This document shows, piece by piece, positions 25,613 to 38,187 of a DNA stretch of 64,000 nt; the stretch's first letter is position 1, and each line of letters begins with the position of its first letter. A program made the position numbers and the translations under genes. This stretch comes from Prorocentrum cordatum (lineage: Eukaryota). The stretch covers positions 1-64,000 of the forward strand of contig CAUYUJ010000012.1 in NCBI GenBank assembly GCA_963575745.1, given 5' to 3'. Under the pieces are notes generated by a model. It had not been told where the DNA came from and made no database searches. It was given only the letters and a program-made list of their open reading frames with translations.

Positions 25613-27126
25613 CCGCCTCCGTCATCGTCATTGTCGTCGTCGTCGGCGGCGGCGGCGGCGGTGGCGGCGGCGTCGTTGCATGGGAGAACAGCGTGGTAAT
25701 AGAATTAGAAACGCATGGGTGTGAGACGATAAGGGATGCTCTGCTCACTTGGCGCAAGTTACGTACCAAGTTGGAACTCTGGCGCCCAATGAAAGTTGCC
25801 GCTGCCTCGGCTCAAGCCATTCAGGGCATAGGTGGTTTAGGGCGTTTCCTCTTCAAACCCAAGTGTTCCCCTTTGGGAAGGGAGTATCACTGTCCCATAT
25901 CGGTATACACCCCCCTCCCCCACGCGACCAGGGACGAACCCGGAACAATAACACCCCCCACCACCATCCCTGCCAAGAACAGTACACAATGTACGTTGCG
26001 GCAAAACCTGGATCCCGCGCGGGCACCATTCAACCACGTTGCACTGCTGTTGACAGGAGTCAGGAGGCTGCCAGCATATTGCCTGCTGCGCGCAGGCCCA
26101 TCATCCCCGTCGGAATAACCATTCTACATACACCTCTTCCGGTAATGATCATGCGCAGGCGCCCCCCCGGCCACTTCGCATTGCTGATTGATCGGAATGA
26201 CGGAGGTACCCTGGCACGCGCGGCGCACCTCGCGGGTGTCGAGCGCCTGACAGGCGCCTGCATTGGTTCGCAATGACGGTCGATGGCGGCCCCTGCCCAT
26301 GCCGTGGCGGGGGCGCCGGGGGGAGTGAGCGGGGGCGCCAGGGCACCCTGGGCCTCGAAGAGGCCCCTGAGAAGCCCCGGGAGATCCCAAGGGACACAAG
26401 GAGGCATCCACGGGGCCCCTTAGCCCGCACGGGCCCCCCGAGGTCTCCCAAAAAGAACGCCACGCTCGCCCCGTTCGGGGCAGCTCCGCTGGGCCTCACG
26501 TCTGGAGGGGACGGTGGAGACACGCGCTCCGACGCTGCGCGCGTGCCACCCTTCGGCGCCCTGCTGCCCCCACTGGCGTGCCAGCCGAAACAAGCGTTCA
26601 CGACACAGCCAATCGGGTGAGTACTTGCTCATGCTGCAGAGGCACGCAACGCATTCGCATGCTCTGCATGCTTTGATTCTGCGCCTCGCGCTGAGAAGCC
26701 GGCAAAACTTCCATCACGCGTAGGACTGCAGTTGCCAGCTACTAATCGACAGCCACGAACCATCTCAGCAACATTCCCAAGCTGTTCGTCGCCCCCCCGG
26801 ATCTGAGGGCGTCCATCGGCCCAGCTGCCTCGCAACTGGTGCCGCTGCCGCGCCTGCATGTCGCTCGCTTCTCTGTGGAGAGCGAGTATCTACTACGGAT
26901 AATAATAATCATCATAATAATGAAAATAATACGACTAATAATAAGAGTAACATACTAATGATCGCAACTCGTACTACGAATGATAATACTAAGAAAACGA
27001 ATGAGACTACTAGTACTACGACAAGTAACAAGAAGAAGCGGGGGCGCCCTGTTTACTGATATTATTACTACTCATAGTATTGAGTATTGTTATTACTATT
27101 GTTTTTTATTATTCTCGCCGCTGCAC

Positions 27127-27267
27127 CTCGCCGCGCCGCGGCCGTCGGCAAGCTGGCCTGCCATCGCATCGAGGACGGGCCCGTGGAGATGCTGCCCGTC
27201 GTCGCCGGGTCAGCTCGCACGCGCCGCGCCCCGCGCCGAAGCACGTCCTCGATCCACCAAGGGGGCC
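27127..27267 (-). CDS. Candidate exon of USO1/p115-like gene, reading frame ambiguous
   Basis: ccAG|GG acceptor and GAG|GT donor, 141 nt, GC-rich island in AT-richer flanks. The donor shares AG|GTGC with the acceptor at 18574. Confidence 0.4.
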
Positions 27268-27322
27268 CTGGGACACACAACTTAACAGACACACACCTTA
27301 ACAGACACAAGCGTGGCCGGGC

Positions 27323-27507
27323 CCGCGGGCGGCGTGGAGAACGCGGACACGCGGTCGATCATCACCTCAAATGAGCAGTGCACTGCCCCCCCGTCCTCTC
27401 GACGCCTCCGCGCCTCGCTGGCGGAGGCTGGGCAGCGCTTGATCTCGCGCGACGTCGGCAAGATGGCGTCGATCTTGGTTCCCGATGGTTCTCCATCCGA
27501 TGGCGAC
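27323..27507 (-). CDS. Candidate 5' exon of USO1/p115-like gene (...KIDAILPTSREIKR...FEVMIDRVSAFSTPPA)
   Basis: Open frame; EVMIDRVSAFST resembles the p115 N-terminal IxKLCDRVxSST. Boundaries uncertain (alternative acceptor at 27365). Separated from the other exons by an N gap. Confidence 0.4.
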
Positions 27508-28129
27508 CTCTGCCCATGCTGGATATCGGGTGCTGCTCAATTGAGGGAGGGGGGCGGGATTGAGCGAGACTGTTCGTGGCGTTCCCGCTGGAAGCATGAC
27601 GCCTCCCCCTGCCCCCTACCTCGGGTCTGGGGGGGCTGGGCGAGGTGTCAGAGGGTCCGATTTGGCCCACGATGGCCCAGGACGAGTCAAGATGTCGTCG
27701 AGTATGCCTCCAGGGCGCCCCAAGACCACCGCTCCACATGGCCTCGGAGCTTCCCAAGATCGCCCCCGGGAGGCCAAACGTCTGTCAGTCAAAACCTGAA
27801 CACGTTCGACTGTGGTGTGTACTACCCTCTCGTCTTGTCGCCTCCGACCAATCCGCCGACCCTGTCGGCGTGTGTGAGGGGCTTGTATGGTCGAGTCGTC
27901 GTCTCCGTCAGTCGTCGTCTCCGTCGTCCCTTTTCCCTGCACCCTCCTCCTCAAGCCTGTCAGCGAGAGAAAAAAATCCAGCAATGTCGCCATCGAGACC
28001 AAGGGAAGCCCCTTCCATTTGAGTCCTCCCCCGTCGGGGGGAGGTCCTAGGGGGGGTAGGGGGGGGGTCTGGGAGGGGTCATGGGGGGGGGTCAGACACG
28101 CATCCCCCCCTCGGGGTCACGGGGCCTCC

Positions 28130-28780
28130 GAAAATACCAAGACAGGCCAAGAATCCCCCAGGAGGGCCACAAGACGGTCCAAGAGGGCCCCAAATCGCCA
28201 AACTATCGGTTCAAAACGCCTTCACGGCCTCCAGGCTGCCCAGGAGGCCGCCAAGACGTCCCAAGAAGCCTCCAAGAGCACTTCCGAGAAGGGCCCTACA
28301 AGTTGACATTCATCGATTCCCTTTGGTTTTTGTTGACGGATTTGGGCGTTCTCGCCGTTTCCGCTCCCCGCCGATCCAAGACGGCCCAAGAGGCCCCCAA
28401 GATCCCCTCAAGACGGTCCCAAACAGCCCAAGAGCACCCCAAGACACCCCAGAACGCCTCCAAGACGGCCCAAGAGGCCCCCAAGTCGGCTCCAAGAGAG
28501 TGCCCAGACGGGGGTCCCGAACGGACATTTCGAGCACTCGGCCCCGAGAGGCTCCCAGGAGGCCCCAAGAAAGAGGTTCCTGAGAGGCCCCAAGAGGCTC
28601 ACAAGAGGTCCCCAGGAAGCCCGAAGAGGCCCCAAGAGGCTCCCAAGAGGTTCCCAAGAGGCTCCCAAGAGGCTCCCGAGAGACTCCCAAGAGGCTCCCG
28701 AGAGGCCCCAGAACTCCTCCAAAGCAGCACCAGAGAGCCGTTCGAAGAGACTCCAAGAAGCATCCCTCTGGTCCACGTCA

Positions 28781-28811
<31 letters not shown>

Positions 28812-29120
28812 TGTCGGCGTCGCCCTTCAGGGTCGGCGGCAGCGGCCGTAAGGATTTCGCAATACGTTAGGCCTCAAGATTGCCCTAACATCGCCCAGCC
28901 CAGAAGAGCACCAAGACGGCCCCAAGAGCGCCCAAGGGCGCCCCAAGAGTGTTTAAAGATGTGTTTTTGTTCGGACTCCGACGGAGGAAAGATAATTGAG
29001 AACCCCTCCAAAAAGATCATCGAAGATGGCCCCAGGAGGACCCGCAAGGGCGCCACGAGGGCCCAAAGACAATTCCGGATGCCTTCCCAAAGGCCCCGAC
29101 AGGGCCCCAAGATGGCCCAA
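28130..29120 (+). repeat. CCCAAGA(G/C)GGC-type minisatellite blocks (also 33830-34765 and 36965-37210)
   Basis: Direct reading; the Pro/Arg-rich track ORFs here derive from the repeat. Confidence 0.8.
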
Positions 29121-29974
29121 ATAAGCTTCAGAGAAGCTCTCATATCTAAAGATCCGTGAAGGCACTTATGGTTTCCTCCTTGGTTTACTCAGACTGAACA
29201 GGAACTTGGGTTTGACGGCTCCCCCTCTCTTTGTTCCACTGCTTGCTCCTACACTTCCCTGATCAAGACAGTTCGCCTGGACATCGCCCCTAGATGGGCT
29301 GATGGGGATACGCGAAGCGTCAAGAATCCCATCCTCTCTTCTCCCACTCCGACCCCCCCCCTTGATTCATCTCCAAGTATCCCGCAGGAGTTACTCGCGA
29401 GCATTGGCCCGCTAGGTGTCCAGGAGTCCTTCCCGTTCTATCATGGTCACGATCGGGATCCGAGATTTCAGCAGGTGAGCTTTTCGTGCCGGACACTGTC
29501 GTCGTTGGTGAAATGTGGGCCAAACACGCGCTCCCTCGGCCAACTCACGGATTGCGACCTCCCGAAGACTCCAACAGGCTTGGCACCCGGCCTAGTGCAA
29601 AACTCGCAGAACCATTTGTTTGCCTCAGACGAGCACGTCTTACAAAATGTCACGGACACCACTAATGATCGCGAGCCGCACAGACGTTGTGCCAGCCAGA
29701 ACAAGTGCCACGGTCGACTCTTGGCTTGCAGAGGCACGAAGAGGTTGCGAGGCGAACTGATGAACGCCAAGGAAAAGGGAATGAAGAGCGATTGCAAGCA
29801 CTGCGCATGCCACGGAAGTGAGGCACGAGACGGCGAACCGCTAGAGGGAGACAGCATGAAAGCTGTGGCAACGCGCGCGCACCCGTGACGGGTGTCAAGC
29901 ATGCGAGCGCTGCGATCAATCACGGCGCCGCCGACGGCGCGCAGTGATGCTGGCCTGCGCCCCGCTGCGACCCC

Positions 29975-31474
29975 TCAGATGCCGCAGCAGGGCCCGCGGC
30001 CGAAGAGGTGCACCGGCGTGTGGTGCACGAAGTGCCAGATGAGGATGCCGACCCAGCGGTCGCGGCACTCGTCGATCTTGGTGGTCTCGATGATCTCCTT
30101 CTGCAGCGCGGCGGGGATCCACCAGTTCACCATGTAGCCCGACTTCGGCTTCTCGTTGGCGGCCACCACGAAGGCGGCGTCGTGGGGGCCCAGGCTGGTG
30201 GCGAACATGCCAGCGCCCCACGGCCACCAAGACTTGATCAGCCCCGTCACCTCGCTGGTCTTCTTGCCACTCTTGACTGCCTTGTCGAGCTTCTGCACGT
30301 TCCGCACCGCGTGCAGTGCCTGCTCCTCGCCCGGGTAGGAGATCTTCGGGATGATGGGGAAGTCGCCCACGAAGTGCATGCCCGTGCCCTCGCCCTTCTT
30401 GTACTTCCTGTACCTGCCGACGCACCCAAAGTTGCAATCTCCCACGGCGAAGATGCGGCCGTCCGCCCACGTCTTGCCGGGCTTGAACTCCCACTTGCCC
30501 CCTGGCTTGGAGCCCTCCTTCAGCGCCTCAAGGCTCTCCGCAATCTCCTCTTTGGCCGCGTCTTCCGCCGGCGCTTCGCACACCTGCAAGTTGTTATTGA
30601 TGTGGATCCAGCCGCCACCACCGGGGACCAGGCCAGGCCTGGCGAGGGTCTCTTGGGGCATGAAGTAGTTGGAAGCTTTGAAGCCCATGCACAGGTATGT
30701 AAGATCAGACTTGTCGGGCATGTCGATCTTGTTCCAGAACTCCGAGTTGCCGGGATCGTACTTCGTGCTGACGTACTCCTTAATGCCTGCGGCGGCCATG
30801 TACTCGGAGCAGTAGCCCGCAGCGCTGTCCGGCAGGGAGCCCAGAATGCGGGGCAGAAAATCGATGATGGCCAGCTTGAGCTTTGGGAAGAAGTACTCCA
30901 GCTCGGTGACCCACTCCACACCAATGAAGCCCGCTCCAGCAACCAGCACCTTGGCCTCCTTTTTCTCCAGCTCGATGAGCTTGTGGTACTCCTCCAAGAT
31001 GTGGCGGCGGCGCCCTTCGATGAAGCGCTCGTCGATGTGTGCCCACTCGCTGCCAGCGCGCCCGAATTCGTGAACGGTGGGGAACCACAGCGACTCTCCC
31101 GTCGTCGACGGCTTCATGTCCACATTGAAGGGGCCGAAGTTGCAGCCCGAACAGATGATGCAGAAGTCGAAGCCGACCTCGTCCTCCTCGGAGGAGAACA
31201 TGGTCTTGATGCTGGCGGTTCTCTCCTTGAGCGTCTTGACCTCGCCCCAGATGAACTTCACGCCGATGCGGCGCTCGTACACGGGCTGCAGGGTGAAGGT
31301 GAGGGCGTCCAGGTGGCAAGGCTTCACATAGGCGCGCAGCACGCCCGGGGTGTACTCGAAGTATTCCTTGGCATCGACCACCGTGACGTGGAATTGCTTC
31401 TTCAAGTCGCGCGCGCAGAAATTTCCAGTGAATTGGCCCCCGATGATCAGGCACTTGGACTTGCTTCCAGGCAT
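29975..31474 (-). CDS. Intronless FAD/NAD(P)-dependent oxidoreductase, AIFM2/FSP1(AMID)-like, 499 aa (probable retrogene)
   Basis: Clean ORF from ATG at 31474 (MPGSKSKCLIIGGQFTG...) to TGA at 29975. Motifs: N-terminal Rossmann-like GGQFTG, VTVVDAKEYFEYTPG, second dinucleotide motif VLVAGAGFIGVEW, and IFAVGDC, typical of Pyr_redox_2/AIFM2-like proteins. The 84 extra N-terminal residues of the track ORF run through the SL relic and low-complexity DNA, so are not counted. Family assigned by motif recognition only. Confidence 0.88.
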   Translation of the reverse strand: MPGSKSKCLIIGGQFTGNFCARDLKKQFHVTVVDAKEYFEYTPGVLRAYVKPCHLDALTFTLQPVYERRIGVKFIWGEVKTLKERTASIKTMFSSEEDEVGFDFCIICSGCNFGPFNVDMKPSTTGESLWFPTVHEFGRAGSEWAHIDERFIEGRRRHILEEYHKLIELEKKEAKVLVAGAGFIGVEWVTELEYFFPKLKLAIIDFLPRILGSLPDSAAGYCSEYMAAAGIKEYVSTKYDPGNSEFWNKIDMPDKSDLTYLCMGFKASNYFMPQETLARPGLVPGGGGWIHINNNLQVCEAPAEDAAKEEIAESLEALKEGSKPGGKWEFKPGKTWADGRIFAVGDCNFGCVGRYRKYKKGEGTGMHFVGDFPIIPKISYPGEEQALHAVRNVQKLDKAVKSGKKTSEVTGLIKSWWPWGAGMFATSLGPHDAAFVVAANEKPKSGYMVNWWIPAALQKEIIETTKIDECRDRWVGILIWHFVHHTPVHLFGRGPCCGI

Positions 31475-31537
31475 GGTTCTGGCGCACGGTCGGCCACGGG
31501 ATGCCGGGGGGGATGCACTTCTCAAGACCTCCTGCGC

Positions 31538-31559
31538 CTTAAGCCAAAATGACTTCGGC
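31538..31559 (-). other. Relic dinoflagellate spliced leader (DinoSL) in genomic DNA
   Basis: Minus strand reads GCCGAAGTCATTTTGGCTTAAG versus DinoSL DCCGTAGCCATTTTGGCTCAAG: 3 mismatches in 22 nt, sense orientation, 63 nt upstream of the ATG. Confidence 0.9.
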
Positions 31560-32336
31560 GGCGAGAGAGGAGCTGGGAGGAGGATGAGGAGGATGATGAG
31601 GAAGCAGGCAATCAGGCGGAAGAGGGGATGATGAGGCTGACAAGCATGGGGCTGGGCGGGATCATTGCGCTCAAGACGGCCCCGAGACCCCCGACGGGCA
31701 CCCGAGAGGCCCTCGAGAGAGCCCAAGAGGCCCTCAAGCGGCCAAGGGAGCCCTCACGAAGCTTCCAAGACGCGTTCCAGAAGGAAAGCGAAGACGAAGG
31801 AGGAAAGAAGAGGAAGAACTGCGGACCAAGAGGGGGCGTCCCGGACCCGCGTCAGCTCACGCAAGGCACTGGACTGGAGTGGGTCTTAAACTCGACCACC
31901 CTCCAGCTGCGCTGCTGCGCTGTGCCCGCGCACACATGCACTGACCAACGGCCTCACAAACATGCACACGAAGGCACTTGTGCATTCGAAAGCGCGGCCC
32001 AACAGCGACCACCTTCGATCCGAATGGCAGCCGAAACCGCTCCCAGGCGTCCCAAGCGTCCCGCTGCGGGCCTCAAAGGCGTTGGTGAGGGTGGCAGTCT
32101 GGCGCGGCGCCCGCTTCCAGCCAGCAGCGCCTGGCCATGCCTCCCGGGAGCCTGTCGGGGGTCTGTTGAAGGTCTCTTCGGGGCCCATCTGGGACCTCTG
32201 GGAGGAGGAGGCGGAGGAAGAGGAGAAGGAGGATGAGACAGAGGAGGAGGAGGAGGAGGAGGAGGAGGAGGAGTAGGAGGAGGAGGAGGGCCTCGGGAAG
32301 AGGAGGGAGAGGAGGAGGAGGAGGAGGAGGAGGAGG

Positions 32337-32372
<36 letters not shown>

Positions 32373-33619
32373 AGGGCCACTTGAAGGCCCTTCGGGCGCT
32401 TCTGGGGTCACGTTGCGGGACGTCCTTCGGGCTCCTGGAAAGGCTCCTGCGGCCAAGCTGCGGCTGCCGCCGTCGACCTCCGCGCGACAAGGGGGCTCCG
32501 GGAGCCAGCCTGCGGGCCCGGGGCGCTCGGGGCCCCTCTTCTGAAGGGGCCCCCAGGACACACAAATAGATACACACGAATCAAAAGATTCCCCATATTG
32601 TCCTGTATCTTCTGGGTTTCTGTCTTCCCCCCCACTTCCCATAGTTCCCCACATTTTCTGGGGAATCGAGGATTCATTGAGTCTGTGTGTTTTTTCCTCT
32701 CCTGATCTTCTGCCGTCTTGGAGTCGCCTTGGGGCCCTCCTCTTTGGGGATCCATCGGTCTTGTGGCTTTGCGGGCTGTCCAGTGGGCTAGCTCGGGGGC
32801 TGTGACGCGTGAGGAGGCGAGGATGTGAACATAGCACAGTCAGCATCAGACGACCAGTGCGTCTCGCCTCTTTGGGGCCTCTTGGGGGTCATCTTGCTTA
32901 GGCCTCCAGGATGCGATTGCTCGGGCTCGTGCTCACAAGTGAGGGCTGAAATGAGCATCCCCTCATTCTGTTGCACGACTGTTCCCAGGATCTCTCCAAA
33001 ATGGCCCGAGAGGCTCCCAATACGGCCCCAAGGGACCGATCCCAACTTTGGACTGGTGCTCACTAATGCTCCCCAAGGGCCTTTCTCACGACGACTCGCC
33101 CGGGAATCGCGTCTGGAATGGCCGGCGGGGATGCGCGAAGCATCAATCCGCTGGCACCCCCCGTGGGGGCCACCGGGAGGCGTGGACGAAGTTTCTGTTC
33201 CTTGCAACCAGTCCTCAGCTCTATGGCTCCAATGCAGTTCCTCTACTCCAAGGTGTCAGATGTTGTAGCTCGTTGTTCCCCGTTCCAAAATTGGAAGGTG
33301 GCAGAGCGCCCGATCCCCCCGGCCGGAAAACATGCGCTACCCTGTCAAAAACACGTCCTCGGAATCCCTAGGTGCCCTCGGACACGTTGCACGGGTACGC
33401 GCTCCCGGTGCCACAGTCCATTAAAAATGACGAGAGAGGCACGCTCCTAGGGCCACAACCACCCATGAATACACACGCTTGCTCCGAGCCCCCCCCGAAT
33501 TACAACGCATTCGCGCACCCGAGGCGCAATTCCCTCGCACCTTACAACGATGTCGCGCTTCCAGTGCCACAGCCCCTTACAAGTTTTACCAACACATAAT
33601 TCATTACGAGACTGTCCCA

Positions 33620-33805
33620 CCCTCGATGCCAACACATTACACAGTCGGACCTGGGCCAGAAGAACACCCTTCAAGAACATGAGACCCTCCGTCGGCCAGA
33701 ACACACAGAACATCCAAAGGTACCCTCCCCAGGATGCACAAGAACATCCCAACGAACACGAAGAACGCTAGGGTACCCTCCCCGAGCCGACCTTGAGCTT
33801 ACACC
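33620..33805 (+). repeat. Interspersed repeat, second copy at about 52630-52800
   Basis: Shared GAACATGAGACCCTCCG...CAGAACATCCAA...CCCCGAGCCGACCT. Confidence 0.65.
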
Positions 33806-36800
33806 TCGGCCCGACTATAAGTTACCTCCTGCAGGGCCTCCAGGAATTCCCGAAGAGGCTAAAGTCATAGATTTCCCTTACGTTTTGAAACAATTTGGCA
33901 TTTGCTTCTTTTCGGACTCCCGACGGCCCGAGACGACCCAAGAGCCCCCAAAGATCGCCCCAAGATCGCCCAAGAGGCCTCCAAGATGGCCCCAGAACGG
34001 CCAAGAGGCCCCCAAGACGACCCCAAGATGGCCCCAAGACGGCCCAAGAGGTCTCCAAGACGCCCAAGGTGGCCTCCAAGACGGCCCTGGAGCACCCCAA
34101 GAGGGCCCCAAGTCGGCCCAAAGAGGCCCCCAGTGCGGCTTCCGACGGCGCCAGACGGGCCAGTAGCCCACCATCACAGTCCAAGATGGCTCCAAGATGG
34201 CCCAATACGGCCCAAGATGGCGCCAAGACGGCCCAAGACGGCCCAAGACGGCCCCCAAGAGGTCTCCAAGACGGCCCAAGAGGCCTCCAAGAGAGCCTCC
34301 AGGAAGGCCCGAAGAGGCCAAAATCACTGATGGTCCTTAAGTGTTGACGGATGTGGGCATTTGCTTCGATTCGGCCTACCGACGGCCCGAGACGGCCCAA
34401 GAGCGCCCAAAGATCACCCCATGATCGCCCAAGAGGCTTCCAAGATGGCCCCAGAACGGCCCAACAGGCTCCCAAGACGGCCCCAAGAGGGCCCCAAGAC
34501 GGCCCAAGAGGCCTCCAAGACGCCCAAGATGGCCTCCACTACGAACCCTGGAGCACCCAAAGAGGGTCCCAAGTCGGCCCAAGGAGGTCCCCAGCACGGC
34601 TTCCGACGGCGTCGGACGGGGCAGGGATGCCCACAGAAGCCCCCGAGAAGCCCCGAAAGGACCCAAGACCCCAAGAGGCCCAAGGAGGCCCCCAAGATAC
34701 CTCCAAGAGGCTCCCAGGAAGCCCCCAGAGGCTCCCAAGAGTGCCCCCAGAGGCTCCCAAGATGCCCCCTCCTCCTCCTCCTCCTCCTCCTCCTCCTTCC
34801 TCCTCCTCCTCCTCCTCCTCCTCCTCCATCTCCTCCTCCTCCTCCTCCTCCTCCTCCTCCTCCTCCTCCTCCTCCTCCTCCTCCTCCTCCTCCTCCGGAT
34901 CCTCCGCCTCCTCCTCCTCCTCCGGATCCTCCCCGCCATCCTCCCCCAAGTGCTCCCCCAAGGGTTTCCACAACGGCTGGGGAGCACATGGTCCGATAGC
35001 TTGGCAGAGCTCTTGCCACAACGCTCGTCCACATGGGCGATTCCAAAAGGCAGGGGTCGGCGGTGATTCGCCGAGGCGTCTTCGATAAATTGTTGACGCA
35101 GATGGACTCCCGAGGCCACAATCCCGAGTAACTTACAATAAAAATCGCGCACTCGAGGCCACAACCAATGGTGAAGTACGACGCGTTCGCGCCCCGAGGC
35201 CACAATCTTCAATACATTACTGCACATTCGCGACGCACTTGCGCCACCGAGGCAACAAAACCGTGTACGTTACGACACGCTCGCTTCCGAGGCCGGTATG
35301 CCCCATAATCTACAAAACGCGCGCACTCCCAAGCAACCATTCCTCATCAATTACTGCACAAATGCGCGCAGCGCAACCAGTCAGCCAGCAAACGGATCAG
35401 ACCAACTGTCAACAATATACTCCGGCAACCAAACGACCAACATATTTGCTGGCAAGACAGCCAAACATGAACACTAACTATTCAACCGATCAAGTGTCAC
35501 CATGCAGTGCAAGCAGTCTGGGCGCTGGCGGCAGAGGGCGAAGCCCTTCATAATTCTACATGCTTGAAGAACTCCAAATTCGGATTAATCCGCCACCGTT
35601 CGGCGGCGAGAGAGGAGGGAAGTGAGAAGAAGAAAGCCTTCTCAGAAGGCAGCGAGGCTTCTCAGAAGGCCTCCGAAGCCGTGCCCCGTGGCACGCGAAT
35701 GCGTGGCACAGTCGGACTTGACTGGACAGCACACGCGAGAGGACACAAGACCCTTCCGAGGGCCGCATTGCCACAGGAATGTAGAAGACATTGGGTCGCG
35801 AGGCACAGGACACGAGGGCATCCTTGATTTGGCAGGGTCGACCCACTGATCGAGGCCGACGGCAGAGTGCCGAGTGCTGTCCGGCAGGGCCCATGTGCAA
35901 ATCTCCTGAGAGACCCCCGACCCGGCCCTCTCGCCTCGCCCCCTCGCGTGCCCCGCCCCTTCCCACCCCCCCACCCCCTCCTGGGCCTCGCCCATTGGGT
36001 CACTCTCCTTGCTCGTCCATCTTCGCCGTCCGCCAGACATTCCTCCTCTTTGTCTCCCTCCTCCTCCTCCTCCTCCTTCTCCTCCTCCTCCTCCTCCTCC
36101 TCCTCCTCCTCCTCCTCCCCCTCCTCCTCCTCCTCCTCCGCCTCCTCCTCCTCCTCCTCCTCCACTCCTACTCATCCTCCCCCTCATCTTTCTCCTCCTC
36201 CTCCTCCTCCTCCTTCTCCGTCTCCTCCACCCTCCTCCTTCTCCTCTTCCTCCTCCTCCTCCTCCTCCTCCTCCTCCTCCTCCTCCTCCTCCTCCTCCTC
36301 CTCCCTCCTCCCTCCTCCTCCTCCCTCCTCCCTCCTCCTCCTCCTCTCCTCCCCTCCCTACCTCCCTCCCTCCTCCCTCCCTCCCTCCCTCCCTCCCCCC
36401 TCCCTCCCTCCCTCCCTCCTCCCTCCTCCCCTCCTCCTCCCCCCTCCCCCTCCCTCCCTCCCCTCCCTCCTCCCTCCCCCCTCCTCCCCCCCTCCCGAGG
36501 CGCTCACTGGGCGGCCCGGCGCCTCAACGGGGATCTCCCAAGCTCCCCAGGGCTTCCAAGACGGCCCCAGAAGACCGCCAATGAAGGGGCCCCGGGACAC
36601 ATAAATAAATAGACGCCAATCCCAGGATCACCCATAGATTCTCTTTCTGGATTCTCGCCTTCCGCCCCACTTCCCATATTGTCCCACATTTTCCCGGGGA
36701 TCGACGATGAATTGTGTCTGTGTGTTGTATCCCCTCGTGAAATGTGGCCTGACATTGCCTCAAGTCACGCAGCAGCCCCCAGAAAGATTTTAATAGTGAG

Positions 36801-38187
36801 GCCCTCATTTGGTTGTTGTGCATCGTTTTGTTTTCTCGAAGGCCATAGTGCATAGTGCAGCCATCTTGAGCCGAGAGGACAGTGAGACGCAAAGTATTCA
36901 AACACGTTAGGAACGTGTCCGAACGATTTTGGCACTCGTGAAGCTCACTGGGTCCGTGTACGCCTCTTGGCCAAGAAACGCCCAGGGCAGCCTAAGAGAG
37001 CCCCCACTAAGAAGTCCTGGCCCCAAGAGGTTTCAAATACGGCCCTAAATGAGGACCAAGAGGGGCCCAAAACAACACCGCGCAGGCCAAAGAGGGCCCC
37101 AACACGGCCCAACAGTGTCCCAAGATGGCCCCAAGACGGCCCCACAGGAACCAAAGTCCGCCTCAGGACGGCCCAGGTAGACCGGCCCAGGACGCCCCAG
37201 GACGGCCCAGGAGTAGGTACGAGAGGTGTCACATGTCACAGCCGTCTGGGCGTCGCCAAAGGGTGCTGCGCTGGCACGGTGGCAGAACTTGCCGCGGGGA
37301 AGTGCATAGCCATTACATCTCAACAGCATTGTTCACAGAACTGTAATGCTTGGTTTCGCCAACGGACTACACTGGCGAGACGACGTCACACGCCGGACAA
37401 GGGCCACTCCACAGATATTAACGCGCGCCACAAGCAACCACAACCAGCACGATAAACATGCGGTGACCAGTCGGCCTCACCTTACACCAGTGCCGCAAGG
37501 TCACTTCATGCCATGCCATTCGTGTTGAGTAGGGCTGGGGGTCAGGTCTGCAAAACAACCCAAACGGACGTCGAGTGCCGCAACCAACCTGTTCGGTCAA
37601 GCTGAACTACTGCACCACGCCCAGCGTCAAGCCAAAACTTTGGACAGGGGCGAACGGTTCGGCTTTGCACATCTTCGCCGGCTAAACCAGCGAGGCTGGT
37701 TGACCACTTTGACGTCCGTTTCTTAGTGGTCCTGCAAAGGCAGGCGCTCTCTGACCCACGGCCCTACTCTACCTCGTGCCCGCCTACCCAAGGCCATGGC
37801 TTTCTGAAATATGGTGAGATCGAAGCGAGGTGACGCAGACTTGCCAAGTTTCAAACATATCGGCGAACAACTGATACAGCGGGAGTGAAATCACAGAGTC
37901 GTACTCAACGCATGCGATGGAGGGGCTATCATTGAAGCGTGTGGCGTAGCGAACGAGAACAGGTGCCCAACTGTTTGCCTCCAACGAGCCCGTCTCACAA
38001 GATGCCAGGACATCACTACTGACCGCGACTCGCACAGACGCTGTGCCAGCCAGGGAGTGTGCCGCAAGCGACTCTGGACCTGCTGGGGGGCGCAAAAAAG
38101 TTCGAGGCGAACTAGAGGACACCGAGGAGCAGGGATCTCTACCCCGTCGGCGCCCGACGGGCCCGCGCCCCGCTGCGAGGCACCCCC

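Noticed and set aside
30008..31552. 514-aa plus-strand ORF (and 38221-39231)
   Set aside because: Antisense shadow of a GC3-rich real gene.
31475..31726. 84-aa N-terminal extension with a hydrophobic stretch
   Set aside because: Non-ATG start; runs through the 5' UTR, SL relic and low-complexity DNA.
36866..36875. GGCTCAAG (SL 3' end) on the minus strand; also about 25809-25816 on the plus strand
   Set aside because: Only 8-nt matches, with no convincing downstream CDS.
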